A stretch of DNA of 64,000 bases from a virus (taxonomy: Duplodnaviria > Caudoviricetes): positions 1 through 64,000 of the IMG/VR virus record IMGVR_UViG_3300005714_000005. The stretch is one strand, 5' to 3'. Shown here piece by piece: positions 51,068 to 62,459 of this stretch. Position 1 is the stretch's first letter, and every line of letters starts with the position of its first letter. Made by a program: the position numbers and the translations under genes. The notes under the pieces were generated by a model. That model did not search any database. It worked only from the letters and a program-made list of their open reading frames with translations, and was not told the DNA's origin.

Positions 51068-54000
51068 TTGAAAATGTTTAGACCTATTTATTTTAAAGAA
51101 AATGATTGTAAACTAATCCTAATGAAGAATAGACATGAGGAGCTAATTGAGATTAATCTTGATGTCAATGAGGTTGAAAAAGTTACCTTTAACGTAGAAG
51201 AACCTGCTACAATGATTATCAACGTGCCAATGTATATTAATCGTTTCATGGGTTCAACAGACCAAAAAATTAAAAACCCTGTGTTTGATTTAATCAAAGG
51301 GAAAATGCAACTTGTATTAGAAATCAATAATGACAAGTATAAATTTTTTGTTGACTCAATCAAAGAAAATGAGAAAAAGGAAGGTTCAGTAAAAACCATA
51401 ACTTGTCGTGAGTGGCAACAAACTCTAAGCAAGATTAATTGCAACATGAAAGAGGGAGTTATTACAAGACAACTTTATAGAGGAACTAATCAACTTGAAG
51501 TTGGGGAAGGTATGTTGGATTTATTTGTTAATAGTTGCAAAGGTTGGAGTGTTGGTCATGTAGACCAAAAAGCTCAACAAGAATTAACAATGACTGCATC
51601 TTCAGAAAAGGTAATTCTTTATGAAAATTTAACTATTGACGAAGTTAAGGTCAATACAACAGACGAACCAAATAATTGGTTATTCAATCGTGACATATCT
51701 ATCAACATTGGTGATAAACCTTTAAATATGACAATCAGTTGGGATACTACTGTTTATGATACAAACGGAAAAGTTTACATCAATGCAACAAATGAACACA
51801 ATTTCTCTAACCTACCTTATGCAGTTAAAAATATTAAAGCAGAGTATATTGTTACACCTCGCTATCCTTACGGTATTAAGTATACTATAACCTATATCAA
51901 CGATACAACAGAAGAATTTAGTTTTGCATTTATCAACTGTAAAGGGTTGAAACTTGTAGCCAAGACAGTTAATGTTGTATATGAATTAGGAGATTTTGTT
52001 GAGAATTGGGTAACTAAATATCGTAGCTTTCAAGCTCAAACAACTTCATGGCTAACAATGTTATCTCAAATTGAAGAAATGTTTGATTGTATTATCACAT
52101 TCGATTCTTATAATCAAATTATCAATGCTTATGACAAATCAACCTTTGGGAAAGAAACAGGTTTATATTTATCATATGATAATGCCTTAAAGGAAATTAC
52201 AAAGGAAAAGAAAATAGAAGATATTGTTACACGCTTGGTTGTAGAAAGCAATAATACTTCTATTGCAAGCGTCAACCCTTTGGGTACAGACTATATTGAG
52301 TCATTCAAATATTTCCAAAATGCAGGTATTATGTCTAATGAATTAACTTATGCTATGGAGCAATATGATAAGCTATTAGCATTAAAAGACAAAGAATTTG
52401 ATACTATTAAGATAGACTTATATGCTAAAAATCAACAGATTACATTGGTAACAGGTCGATTAACTTCTTTAGAAAATAAGCTCACAGCAGAAAATGCTAT
52501 TTTGAGTTCATATATCAAATTCAAAAATGATGCACCTGAGAATGAGAAAGACGCTTGGGCTAAGAAACAAGCTGAACAACAAGCAATCGTTGCTGATTTG
52601 GAACTTCAAATCGCACTAGCTAAAAAAGAGTTAGAGAAATTAAATAAAGAAGCAGATGCTTTACAAAAATCATTAACTCAAATTGGGATTGATATTAAAA
52701 AGGAAAATGCGGTATTCAATGGAGAGAAGTTATTCTCTGAAGCATTATTGCTAGAATTATCAGACTATATCATAGAGTCAACTATATCTGATGAGGTGTA
52801 TTTAACTTCAACCGCTTTATATAATCATGCGAAAAAGACATTAGATGATATGCAATCGGTAGTAGTCGATTTCTCAATAGCAGATGCAAATGTGGATTTC
52901 CTAAATAGATTACGCACCCCAAATGGATTTGGTGATTTCATCTTCTTGGGAGCAAAAGTTGATATTGAGGATAGAAGTGGAGAATTGGTTGGTACAGATG
53001 GTAGAGTTATTCTTTATGGATTTGACTATAATCCTAAACTCAATAGAATTACCAACTTGCAATTCACCAACAACAAAGAAAAACCAGTATCGGCATTAAA
53101 GGCAATTGGAAATATTCGACAAGCAGTAAATGCTACCAAATCATTAACAGATTTCTATAAATCTACTTGGGAGCAAACAAGAGATCAAGTCATAGACGTT
53201 GGGAATATTATCAACAATGGTTTAGACTTGGCAGCTCAAAAGATACGCTCGCAGACTTCTAAAAATATTATTGACATGACAGAAGCAGGTATCTTCCTAA
53301 TTGATGCTAAAGACACTAAAAATCAATTGGGTATGATTAATGATTTAATTTGCATGACCGATGACAAATGGAAAACAAGTCGTATCGCTATTTCACCTGA
53401 AGGAATTATAGCAGACCAATTAATTGGTAGAGTTATCTTAGGTCAAGAATTGTATATCTCTAATGGAGATTTTGGATTTCTTGTAAGAGAAAATGGATTA
53501 ACAATTAGAGATAAAGCAGGCTCAGACAAAATCTTCTTAGGTTTAAACAATGGTGAGCCAACCTTTAAATTAGGAATGAATAAGCAACAAGACCACCTAA
53601 TGTGGGAAAATGGTGAGTTATCTATTCGTGCTAAGAAAATATCTATCGGTGCAGATGATGTAGTCACTAGCACTACGCTCAGTATCGAAGTAGGGAAAAT
53701 TCAGACTCAAATTAAGGATACTGAAAATTCATTGCAAAGTAGTATTACTCAAACTGCGAGTGATATTAGAACTGAAATTAAAGATACGAAAGATGGCTTA
53801 GAGTCAAGTATTAATCAGACTGCAAGTTCAATTCGTACAGAACTCAAAGATACGAAAAATGACCTAGAGAGTTCAATCACTCAAACTGCTAAGGATATTA
53901 GATTGGAAGTGTCTGACGTTAAATCAGGATTGGAAAGTAGCATTAGTCAAACCGCTAGTGATATTCGATTGGAAGTTAGCACAACTGATAGTAACTTACG

Positions 54001-55189
54001 TTCATTAATCAGTCAAACCAAATCAGATATTGAATTATCAGTATCTAACGAAGTTAAAGATTTACGTGCTTCAATCAAAGTCAATGCAGATAACATTACA
54101 TCTACGGTTGAAAACACCAAAAGAAGTGGTATCGAATTATTACCGCAAGGATTTAGGAGAAATTCTTCTAGTGGATACTTTAGTTCATACAATACACACC
54201 ATGTTAATGAGTGGGGATTGTACACTACTGGTAGGGAGTGGGTAGGTACTGATTTTATAGCAATAGACCCGTTGTTGCCACTTTCATATTATTTTTATGT
54301 TCAAAATACTGGTGGGAGAAATCCATTAACCTATGTTGGAATCGAGCAACACGACTGGAAAAAACAACCGATAGGTGCAAATGCGAGTACAATTTATTTC
54401 ATTCATGAAAAATTCACAGGTTATAAAACTGTGTCGGGTGTACTAGAAGCAGGAGCGTTAGATAGTAACACTAAATTCATCAAATTTAGATTTTTAACTA
54501 ACTGGGATGATAGCGGAATTGCTGAAAGTTATATTCACGAAATGTCGTTAAAGCAACTGGCAAACATAAACTCATCAACACAGATTGCACAAATGGATGA
54601 TAGAATTACTTCTACTGTCACTTCTATTAGTACGGTGGACGGGAAAGTTAATTCTGCTCAATCACAAATTGACCAACAAGCTACACAAATAGCATCGAAA
54701 GTGGATGTTAATGGTGTTAAGTCAATTATCCAACAAAATCCTGAGTCGGTACGAATTGGATTCAATGGCATATCTAACTATTTTGATTTAAATGCCCAAA
54801 GATTACGAGTTGGTCATGTCGATGGTTCATACACAGAAATTGGGCAACATGGTATCATGTACTTTGCACATGGGAGTGGGAATAGATACCACAATCTAAT
54901 GAAGCAAGGTTGGTTAGGACAAATTCAAGGAACTCAATGGAGCAGAACAATTTCCCTACCCCCTGAATTTAGAGGTAAAGCATTTTCAGTTATCGTAAGT
55001 GTTACCGAGGTAAATGCTATCAATACACATGATGTTATCAAACATTTTAAAGTTACTGTGCCTCATGATACTGTTGACTATGCCAATGGTACATTTATTA
55101 TCAATATGTCGGCAGTTGCCTATTGGGTGCCAGGTCAACAACTTGCTACTGCAATTCAAAGTGACATATCTTGGATAGCAATAGCTTAA
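51068..55189 (+). CDS. Tail tip / baseplate hub protein with 22-aa repeats
   Basis: IVTRL, VNPLGTDYIE.F.YF, AISPEGIIAD; SSITQTASDIR repeats. Confidence 0.75.
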   Translation: MKMFRPIYFKENDCKLILMKNRHEELIEINLDVNEVEKVTFNVEEPATMIINVPMYINRFMGSTDQKIKNPVFDLIKGKMQLVLEINNDKYKFFVDSIKENEKKEGSVKTITCREWQQTLSKINCNMKEGVITRQLYRGTNQLEVGEGMLDLFVNSCKGWSVGHVDQKAQQELTMTASSEKVILYENLTIDEVKVNTTDEPNNWLFNRDISINIGDKPLNMTISWDTTVYDTNGKVYINATNEHNFSNLPYAVKNIKAEYIVTPRYPYGIKYTITYINDTTEEFSFAFINCKGLKLVAKTVNVVYELGDFVENWVTKYRSFQAQTTSWLTMLSQIEEMFDCIITFDSYNQIINAYDKSTFGKETGLYLSYDNALKEITKEKKIEDIVTRLVVESNNTSIASVNPLGTDYIESFKYFQNAGIMSNELTYAMEQYDKLLALKDKEFDTIKIDLYAKNQQITLVTGRLTSLENKLTAENAILSSYIKFKNDAPENEKDAWAKKQAEQQAIVADLELQIALAKKELEKLNKEADALQKSLTQIGIDIKKENAVFNGEKLFSEALLLELSDYIIESTISDEVYLTSTALYNHAKKTLDDMQSVVVDFSIADANVDFLNRLRTPNGFGDFIFLGAKVDIEDRSGELVGTDGRVILYGFDYNPKLNRITNLQFTNNKEKPVSALKAIGNIRQAVNATKSLTDFYKSTWEQTRDQVIDVGNIINNGLDLAAQKIRSQTSKNIIDMTEAGIFLIDAKDTKNQLGMINDLICMTDDKWKTSRIAISPEGIIADQLIGRVILGQELYISNGDFGFLVRENGLTIRDKAGSDKIFLGLNNGEPTFKLGMNKQQDHLMWENGELSIRAKKISIGADDVVTSTTLSIEVGKIQTQIKDTENSLQSSITQTASDIRTEIKDTKDGLESSINQTASSIRTELKDTKNDLESSITQTAKDIRLEVSDVKSGLESSISQTASDIRLEVSTTDSNLRSLISQTKSDIELSVSNEVKDLRASIKVNADNITSTVENTKRSGIELLPQGFRRNSSSGYFSSYNTHHVNEWGLYTTGREWVGTDFIAIDPLLPLSYYFYVQNTGGRNPLTYVGIEQHDWKKQPIGANASTIYFIHEKFTGYKTVSGVLEAGALDSNTKFIKFRFLTNWDDSGIAESYIHEMSLKQLANINSSTQIAQMDDRITSTVTSISTVDGKVNSAQSQIDQQATQIASKVDVNGVKSIIQQNPESVRIGFNGISNYFDLNAQRLRVGHVDGSYTEIGQHGIMYFAHGSGNRYHNLMKQGWLGQIQGTQWSRTISLPPEFRGKAFSVIVSVTEVNAINTHDVIKHFKVTVPHDTVDYANGTFIINMSAVAYWVPGQQLATAIQSDISWIAIA

Positions 55190-55204
55190 TAAAGGAGAAG
55201 AGAA

Positions 55205-55459
55205 ATGAAAGTTTTATACGATACAATGACGATTTACTATCGACTAGAAACAGGTACTATCAAAGAAATTCATAGTGGTTCTTGTGATATGTCTGTTTTT
55301 GGTGAAGAAAAGTCTGATTACGAGAAAATTTGGGGTTGTGTTGTAGTTGATTATGACGAATATGTACGACTTAACCCAAGTCAATTTTTAATTGATTTAA
55401 ACAAGAAAGATATTGTCTATACACAATCAACTTCAATAAACAAATATAGAAGTTTATAA
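55205..55459 (+). CDS. Small tail-associated protein
   Basis: IYYRLETG motif; position. Confidence 0.6.
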   Translation: MKVLYDTMTIYYRLETGTIKEIHSGSCDMSVFGEEKSDYEKIWGCVVVDYDEYVRLNPSQFLIDLNKKDIVYTQSTSINKYRSL

Positions 55460-55481
55460 AATTTGAAAAGAGGAATAAAAT

Positions 55482-55637
55482 ATGAACCATACACAAGAGG
55501 AATTGATTCAAGCAATCAAAACATTAGCACAACAAAATGCTAATTTAAGTATCGAAAATGCTTTACTGCAAGCAAAATTAGAAAGCGCTTATAGAAATAT
55601 TGATGAATTATCACAAAATCAAGAAGAAACTAAATAA
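55482..55637 (+). CDS. Small coiled-coil protein (51 aa, not in ORF track)
   Basis: MNHTQEELIQAIKTLAQQNANLSIENALLQAKLE; RBS agagg. Confidence 0.7.
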   Translation: MNHTQEELIQAIKTLAQQNANLSIENALLQAKLESAYRNIDELSQNQEETK

Positions 55638-55651
55638 GGTGGTTAAATAAC

Positions 55652-56446
55652 ATGGCACAATTTAGACACACGAAGTTTTCTTTTGATGGGATAAGTTGTG
55701 ACGAGTTTGGTTTAGTAATGGTGAGTGTTGATAACGATGAGCCAACGAAACAAATTGGTGTTAAACGCTCACCCTCACTAACCGAGGCTAGTTATGGTAG
55801 ATTCTCGTTTGATGGAATTGCTACTGAAACGCCTACCTTTACTTTTACTTTGTTAAAATGTTCAGATAACTATGACCCACAACCATTCACACAAGATGAA
55901 CTTTTTAAAATCAATAGTTGGTTATTCAAGACCAAAGAATTTAGACCTTTTATTTCACAAGAAAATCCTGGTATCGTTTACTACGGAATGTTCGTAGGTG
56001 GTAACCTATGGCAAAATGAAGCTAATGAGGGATATTTAGAAGTGGAATTTCAATTAAATACCTCTCATGCCTATGGTGTCATTCAAAAAATTATTAAGTA
56101 TGTAGATGGCACAAATGAATTTTCAATTAATTGTAAAGATAACGTAAATGGCTACTCTTTGCCTGATTTTGAATTTCATTTGCAAGATACCGAAACAGAG
56201 TTCAAAGTTCAGAATTTAACAACTGGGCAAGAGATGAAATATTTTGACTTAGATGAAAAAAGCCGAGAGGGGTATCTTTATAATGACGGTTGCCAACATA
56301 CGGTTAGCTTAATTGACTCAACTGTAAATATGCGACCAAAATGTAATAAGAATTATCTAAGATTAGAATATGGAAATAACGATATAAAAATTATAGGTAA
56401 AGGTACTTTCATTATTTACGTACAACCTAAAGTAGCTTTACAATAA
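55652..56446 (+). CDS. Distal tail protein (Dit)
   Basis: FSFDGISCDEFGL N-terminus; LEYGNNDIKI C-terminus. Confidence 0.75.
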   Translation: MAQFRHTKFSFDGISCDEFGLVMVSVDNDEPTKQIGVKRSPSLTEASYGRFSFDGIATETPTFTFTLLKCSDNYDPQPFTQDELFKINSWLFKTKEFRPFISQENPGIVYYGMFVGGNLWQNEANEGYLEVEFQLNTSHAYGVIQKIIKYVDGTNEFSINCKDNVNGYSLPDFEFHLQDTETEFKVQNLTTGQEMKYFDLDEKSREGYLYNDGCQHTVSLIDSTVNMRPKCNKNYLRLEYGNNDIKIIGKGTFIIYVQPKVALQ

Positions 56447-56478
56447 TTACAAAATATTTAAAAAGAAAGGGTGATAAA

Positions 56479-58224
56479 ATGAGCTATCTTGATGAGGAAA
56501 GTATTCTTTTTAAATTAAATACAGATAGAGATGGAAACCCAACATCGACAATCACTACCGAACAACAACAAGTAGATACGTTAAAGAACTTAATCCAACT
56601 TGTCCAACTTCCTGACCATCTTCAAAATATTGAAGTAACAGATTCAAAAGGGCAACGAATGATACAAGTTAGAAATACTGATGCAGTATTAAAAGATAAT
56701 GAAATTCGTGTTAGTTTCAATCAAGGTTTAATTTTCTTCTCACCTAATCGCAAGGGAGAAACATTTACTATCAAGTATTATGCACGAGGAATAGAGTTAA
56801 TTTCAACCAATCGTTTATTCTCTCCTGAGCAACCAGGGATTCCTTTTGGAGATGTTATTCAACAAGTGCATCAATCTTTAGATACTCTAAAAGGTGTCAT
56901 TGATGATGCTAGAGATGAATTAAACATTATTGAAGAAACTCATGGTGGTCTTATTCCTGCATATAATCACCTAAAAGAAGCAACTGCTGAGGGTGAGAGA
57001 GTAAATGCAACTGTGAAAGCCACAAATGAAACTGCAAAGCAAACAAATACAACTCTTATTGGCAATATTAGCACAGGTAGGCAAGTAAGTCAAGACCTTG
57101 CAAGCAAGAGCAATGTAGGCGGTCAAATAATTAAAAATTTACAAGACTCTACTGCAACCGCTAATCAAACAAATTCTACCTTAAATGCAACAATTCAAAC
57201 TGGAAATGGAGTACATACAACTTTAACCAATGATATTAAGACTGCTAGAGAAGTTGATACAAAATTAGTAGCCGATACAAATGAGGCTAAGGCAGTTAAT
57301 AAAAAGTTAGAAAGCAATACAGACGAAATTGTTCGTTGGAAAGATTATAGCAACGATACAATCAATGTCAACTATCCTCGCTTAGACATTGAGGTGCAAT
57401 CACTTAATGCTAAGGTTAAAGTATTAGAAGATGACTCTATTGAAAGCACACCTTACAATAATCAAATGGTTGATGCAATCTTTCCAAATTTACATTTAAA
57501 TGTAGACAAGTTAGATAAGAAAGTAAATGATACAAAACAAGCAGTTGACATGAATGTGATTGAAGTTAATAAATTAAAACAATCTGTTGATACGCTTAAC
57601 AAGCACAATCATAATAGCACATATCTAGGTATAAATGCAACTGCACAAAATAGCTTAAAATTGGGTGGGGCTTCTGCTTCTGTCGCACCAACTCCTAATA
57701 CAATTGTTAAACGTGATGCACAAGGTCGTATTAATGTTGCTGTAGCTTCTGCTAATGTTTCTTTCTTAGACGAAACAGGTGAAATTGAAAGCGAGAATAT
57801 TTCAGATGCTATCAAAGAGATTTGGGGTAAGACAAAGCAAGGCGTTGAAACTCGACAAAGAACAAATGAAAAATTATCAGAGTGTGGAAATTGGACTCCT
57901 ACAAGTTGTGACAACTCTGCAATTTCTATTTTAAATAGCAAAGGTAATTATACAAGAATCCAAAATCAAATCAATCTAGTTGGTGAGATTACTTTTTCTA
58001 TTGAAGAAGAGATTGACACTTTTGAAATTGAAGGATTGCCTTTTGCTTTAGGTGAGTCAGATTGTGATTATGTTGGAACTTGTGTAGATATTGATAATTC
58101 AATTATATCACCTATTTACATTTTATCAAAAGATAATGAGAAAATCACTATCGACCTAAAACATGACGACATTCAGAAATCAGAATTGATTACTCTACGC
58201 TTCACATTAACTTATTCTATTTAA
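56479..58224 (+). CDS. Tail fibre / baseplate protein
   Basis: Coiled coil; NTIVKRDAQG; GNWTP...GNYTRI fibre-tip motif. Confidence 0.65.
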   Translation: MSYLDEESILFKLNTDRDGNPTSTITTEQQQVDTLKNLIQLVQLPDHLQNIEVTDSKGQRMIQVRNTDAVLKDNEIRVSFNQGLIFFSPNRKGETFTIKYYARGIELISTNRLFSPEQPGIPFGDVIQQVHQSLDTLKGVIDDARDELNIIEETHGGLIPAYNHLKEATAEGERVNATVKATNETAKQTNTTLIGNISTGRQVSQDLASKSNVGGQIIKNLQDSTATANQTNSTLNATIQTGNGVHTTLTNDIKTAREVDTKLVADTNEAKAVNKKLESNTDEIVRWKDYSNDTINVNYPRLDIEVQSLNAKVKVLEDDSIESTPYNNQMVDAIFPNLHLNVDKLDKKVNDTKQAVDMNVIEVNKLKQSVDTLNKHNHNSTYLGINATAQNSLKLGGASASVAPTPNTIVKRDAQGRINVAVASANVSFLDETGEIESENISDAIKEIWGKTKQGVETRQRTNEKLSECGNWTPTSCDNSAISILNSKGNYTRIQNQINLVGEITFSIEEEIDTFEIEGLPFALGESDCDYVGTCVDIDNSIISPIYILSKDNEKITIDLKHDDIQKSELITLRFTLTYSI

Positions 58225-58239
58225 TAAGGAGGAATACAT

Positions 58240-58542
58240 ATGGTAAATACAAAAACAATTCAATTATCAATTGTTCAAGAAACAGTTCAATTGCTTGAAA
58301 CTACTGAAAGTGGTATTTTACAAGTGCATGAGATTACACGCAATATTGACCAATCAACAGGAACGGTATATGGTGAATCTCATTGGCGTACAACTTTAGC
58401 ACCTACTGATACTGAGGAAGGTTTAGCTCAAGCACAAGAAATTTTAACAGAGAAAAATTTTGAGATTGCTTTATTACTATGGGACGAAGAAGTTGTAACT
58501 TCCTATCGTACTTTACAAGAAAAAGAAGAATTATCACGTTAA
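58240..58542 (+). CDS. Probable fibre chaperone
   Basis: Small acidic protein after the fibre gene. Confidence 0.5.
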   Translation: MVNTKTIQLSIVQETVQLLETTESGILQVHEITRNIDQSTGTVYGESHWRTTLAPTDTEEGLAQAQEILTEKNFEIALLLWDEEVVTSYRTLQEKEELSR

Positions 58543-58597
58543 TTAAAAGTCTTGGCTATATGTCAAGACTCATTTTATTAAGAAAGGAGTTGTTTAG

Positions 58598-61189
58598 ATG
58601 GCACAATATCAAGGAAGAATTGCTAAGTTGGCAGATAAGGATAATAATACGGTTGTTCCTATCACCAATGCAAGAGCAGTTGAGGTAAGTAAAAATCGCA
58701 ACCTTGAGGCAATTGTTGATAAAGTTGACGATATGGAAAATGTTGCTCAACGAGTTTTCAATAATTCAATTACGCCAATAATCACGCCAATTCAAACTTC
58801 TGTACAACGACTAGACGGTATTGAAGCTAAAGCTAATGCCAATACTACAAAAGTCAACCAACTTGAACAAAAGCAAACTTCTGATAAAAATGAACTTGCC
58901 AACACGTTAAATGGTGTAAAGCAAAATGTCCAAACTATTGAGGGTAATGTTACCAATACTACTAATACCGTAACTCAACATACTCAACAGATTGCAGATT
59001 TAGAATATAGCGTTGGTGAAGTTTTGCCTAAAGCAGAGGAAGCGGTTGCTAAAGTTGATGGAATTTTAGGTGAGAAATATATTGATTGTATTGCACAAGG
59101 GAAGATGACACAAGTTGGTAAGCAATCAGATGGCAAAGTAGTTGCTATTGATAATTCATTTGCAAAGAGCGCCATGTTGAAAGGTCAGACTTTGGTGAAT
59201 TTAATAACTTCACAAACACCAATTAGAACAGGTTCGAACTATAAAGATTACTCAATCGGGTATATAAAAGCTAATCAAAAATATTTAGCAATTTTTAATG
59301 CGGAATCATCTTCTAGTTTGTTAAGATGTGGGATTTTGAAAACAACAGGAGAATGGAATAGCGAAAACCTAATTGTAACAACAGGATTAAATAAGGTTGT
59401 ATTAACAGCTACAACAGATGTGCAAGTAGGTTTTAGGGTTAGATATGGCGATTCAGAAGTATCCCACACGTTAAATGTTTCGAATGTTAGACTTATCGAA
59501 TATCAAGACGGAATGGAAAATTGGGATATTCCTTATTTTGAGGGAATGGCTAGTGTTAAAAATCTTGTTGTGACAAGTACAGGAAAGAACTTAATATCGT
59601 ACTTACCGCCAACCGTAGCTAGTGGAATGACTTTAACACAAACCGATGTTAAGTCAGAATTAGCTATTAGTGGCACTTGCACCGCTAGTAATTATGATTA
59701 TTATTTTGCACGTTCTACTCCTGGCGCTGTGATTGATACTGAAGTTACAAGACTATTAGTTAATGCACCTGTTGGGACAAAATTTGTCTTGTCAAACAAT
59801 TTGGGGAAAGAATGTTATTTTGGAGTAAGTAGAAATGGTTCATCTACAATAACATGGATAGCAGGTAAAGTTGGCTATGAAGTAAAAGCTGGGGATATTA
59901 ATGTTCAAGCATTTGTTCGTTTTAAGCAAGGTGACACCTACAGTGGAGAAAGATTAAAAATCCAATTGGAGATAAGTCCATCTGTTACAACTTACGAACC
60001 ATACAAATCACACATCACATCTTCAACAGAGGAAATTATCCTACGTTCGTTACCAAATGGTGTATGTGATACATTAAACTTGGTTACAGGTGAATATGTG
60101 CAACGTATTGGTGAGGTTGTGTTAAGTGGTGGTGAAAATTGGACTCCTTCAAGTAGCGTATCTAATACAGAGCTTCTTCGATTTGATTTAAACATGGGGA
60201 TTTTGAAGGGCTATGGGAAAGTTTTGTTGTGCGATAAGTTTCCGTATCTCTATATACATAATCTTGTCGGAGGAAGCTCGACCGTCAATCAAGAATGTGT
60301 GTCAAACCACAGTACAAACGAAAGTCTAAACCTCGTTATTAGAAAAGATAGACTAGCACCACAAAATATCGATGGTTTTAGGACATGGCTAAAAGCCAAC
60401 CCAGTAACAATCCAATACGAACTAGCAACACCTGTCACTAAAAAAGTTAAATTATCAAATTCGCCATTTATGTTCAAAGATGGGCATATTATTTTATCTA
60501 GTGCTAATGATTTATTACCTACTTTTACTTATACTGCAACTGTTGGTATCAAAGGTCAAGTAGAAACATTAAGCAATGTAGTAAGCAATATCAAGATAGA
60601 AGATGGTGTCGTAGCTCCAAGTCCTAATACCCTCGCTAGACGCAACAACGAGGGAAACATCTATGCAAAAGATAAATTTATTTTTGAAGATGGGAAAGCC
60701 ATAAAAGTAAATGGCGAACGTATTCAATGGGGAAATACAGCAGATTGGCACAATATTCACGATAGCCAATCGCTACCTGTTGAAAAAGGCGTTTGGACAC
60801 CTAGATTTGAGGGTGTGCTAGGTGGAGTGTGTAATACTTATGACATTCAAGAGGGAATTTATTGTCGCATAGACAAGTTGGTGCATATTCAACTGAAGTT
60901 AAGTGTTAATGATTATAAAGTATGTCAAGGTGTCTTTTGTGTTAGAGGATTGCCATTTACACCAGGTAATGCACACACCGCACTTTCGATTGGAGTAATT
61001 AACAATTTAAAAACAACACTAGACAATGCTTCTGTAAATGCCTATATAGACGCCTCTACCGATAAGATAATACTTGGATTTAATGAAATAAGAGATGGGT
61101 CAATGCACTATCAATTTGAAAATCCACAAGTTGCCAATCCCGCAAAACCTATACTTTTAATAATTGCAGGAACATATATGATTGACTAA
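58598..61189 (+). CDS. Tail fibre / receptor-binding protein
   Basis: LKGQTLVN, TGKNL, LRSLPNGVCDT, YELATP, GVWTP...GIYCRI motifs. Confidence 0.7.
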   Translation: MAQYQGRIAKLADKDNNTVVPITNARAVEVSKNRNLEAIVDKVDDMENVAQRVFNNSITPIITPIQTSVQRLDGIEAKANANTTKVNQLEQKQTSDKNELANTLNGVKQNVQTIEGNVTNTTNTVTQHTQQIADLEYSVGEVLPKAEEAVAKVDGILGEKYIDCIAQGKMTQVGKQSDGKVVAIDNSFAKSAMLKGQTLVNLITSQTPIRTGSNYKDYSIGYIKANQKYLAIFNAESSSSLLRCGILKTTGEWNSENLIVTTGLNKVVLTATTDVQVGFRVRYGDSEVSHTLNVSNVRLIEYQDGMENWDIPYFEGMASVKNLVVTSTGKNLISYLPPTVASGMTLTQTDVKSELAISGTCTASNYDYYFARSTPGAVIDTEVTRLLVNAPVGTKFVLSNNLGKECYFGVSRNGSSTITWIAGKVGYEVKAGDINVQAFVRFKQGDTYSGERLKIQLEISPSVTTYEPYKSHITSSTEEIILRSLPNGVCDTLNLVTGEYVQRIGEVVLSGGENWTPSSSVSNTELLRFDLNMGILKGYGKVLLCDKFPYLYIHNLVGGSSTVNQECVSNHSTNESLNLVIRKDRLAPQNIDGFRTWLKANPVTIQYELATPVTKKVKLSNSPFMFKDGHIILSSANDLLPTFTYTATVGIKGQVETLSNVVSNIKIEDGVVAPSPNTLARRNNEGNIYAKDKFIFEDGKAIKVNGERIQWGNTADWHNIHDSQSLPVEKGVWTPRFEGVLGGVCNTYDIQEGIYCRIDKLVHIQLKLSVNDYKVCQGVFCVRGLPFTPGNAHTALSIGVINNLKTTLDNASVNAYIDASTDKIILGFNEIRDGSMHYQFENPQVANPAKPILLIIAGTYMID

Positions 61190-61217
61190 TTATTCTCTCG
61201 AAAAGAGGAGGTAGAAA

Positions 61218-61439
61218 ATGCAAGGACAAATTGTAGTACATAAAAACAAGAAAACGCAACAAGTTGAATTTCCTGTAACGGTTGAACAAGCTATTGTTTC
61301 AAGCAAAGGAGTAAACCTAGCCGATACATTAGATGAACTCAGAGGAGAGATAAATACTTTAACGGTGCAACTTCGACATTTGGAAGTGGCATTACGAAGT
61401 ATTTCAGAGAATGAAGAGGAATACAAAAAGACCACCTAA
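61218..61439 (+). CDS. Small tail-associated protein
   Basis: FPVT motif; RBS. Confidence 0.6.
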   Translation: MQGQIVVHKNKKTQQVEFPVTVEQAIVSSKGVNLADTLDELRGEINTLTVQLRHLEVALRSISENEEEYKKTT

Positions 61440-61659
61440 ATAGTGGTCTTCCCTAATAAAAAGCGTTAAAAAGTAATAAAAGTAGATTGAGTAAGTAGTG
61501 TGAATTATATAATACAAAGGAGAAAAATATTATATGTAAGCAAGATAGATGGAAAGTCAACTTGCTTACAATATTATTATATCACACTACTCTATAATTA
61601 TGCAACATAAATTAAATAAAATTAATAAATTAATAAATTTTTAAAATAGAGGTGATTTC

Positions 61660-61833
61660 ATGATTAAGAAAATCGGGGCAAATCCATACGGTGTAGTTGA
61701 ATTCACTGCTTCAACAGTGGCGGAAATTGACGACTTACCAAAGAATGTTGGTCAAGGAAGTTACTGCCTAGTATTGGAAAATTCAGAGGTATATATGTTT
61801 GATGAGGCAACCTCAACTTGGGGAAAATTATAG
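61660..61833 (+). CDS. Small hypothetical protein (57 aa, not in ORF track)
   Basis: EIDDLP...GQGSYCLV...VYMF...W; RBS gaggtg. Confidence 0.7.
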   Translation: MIKKIGANPYGVVEFTASTVAEIDDLPKNVGQGSYCLVLENSEVYMFDEATSTWGKL

Positions 61834-61850
61834 GAAAAGAGGTGAAGTAA

Positions 61851-62459
61851 ATGGATATTGTAACTTACGCCTTATGTAAGAAAATGGCAAGTGGTAAAGG
61901 TGAAAAAGGGGATAAGGGAGATAAAGGAGATAGAGGTGAACAAGGTCTGCCTGGTAGAGATGGTGCTGATGGTGTCACTCCCAATTTACAAGTTGGTACT
62001 GTTACAACTCTACCTAGTGGTCAAAATGCTACGGTAACACAAAGTGGTACAAAGGAAGACCCAATTTTCAATTTCTCTATTCCTCGTGGAGATAAGGGAA
62101 TTTATGTTGGTGCTAAAGATACTGCACCCCCAACAGTTGATATTGTAATTGACCATTCTGACATGGGGCTATATTCTGATGAATTAGTAAATACACCTAT
62201 TGTGGGCAATACCTTAACTTTAACTACTCGTAAAAATCAAACAACCACTATGCAAAATAACACAACCATTGTATTGCCTAATGTAAATTCATTCACAGAG
62301 ATTCATCTATTCTTTAGCACAACAAGTGAATTAACATTACAATTACCTGTCGATGTTAAATGGCAAACTCAACCGACTATCGAAGCTAATAAAGTGTATG
62401 AATTTATTTTCACATATGCAACCACTTGGCTTGGAGGGGCGGTATGCTACAATGACTAA
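61851..62459 (+). CDS. Collagen-like repeat protein
   Basis: Gly-X-Y repeats. Confidence 0.8.
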   Translation: MDIVTYALCKKMASGKGEKGDKGDKGDRGEQGLPGRDGADGVTPNLQVGTVTTLPSGQNATVTQSGTKEDPIFNFSIPRGDKGIYVGAKDTAPPTVDIVIDHSDMGLYSDELVNTPIVGNTLTLTTRKNQTTTMQNNTTIVLPNVNSFTEIHLFFSTTSELTLQLPVDVKWQTQPTIEANKVYEFIFTYATTWLGGAVCYND

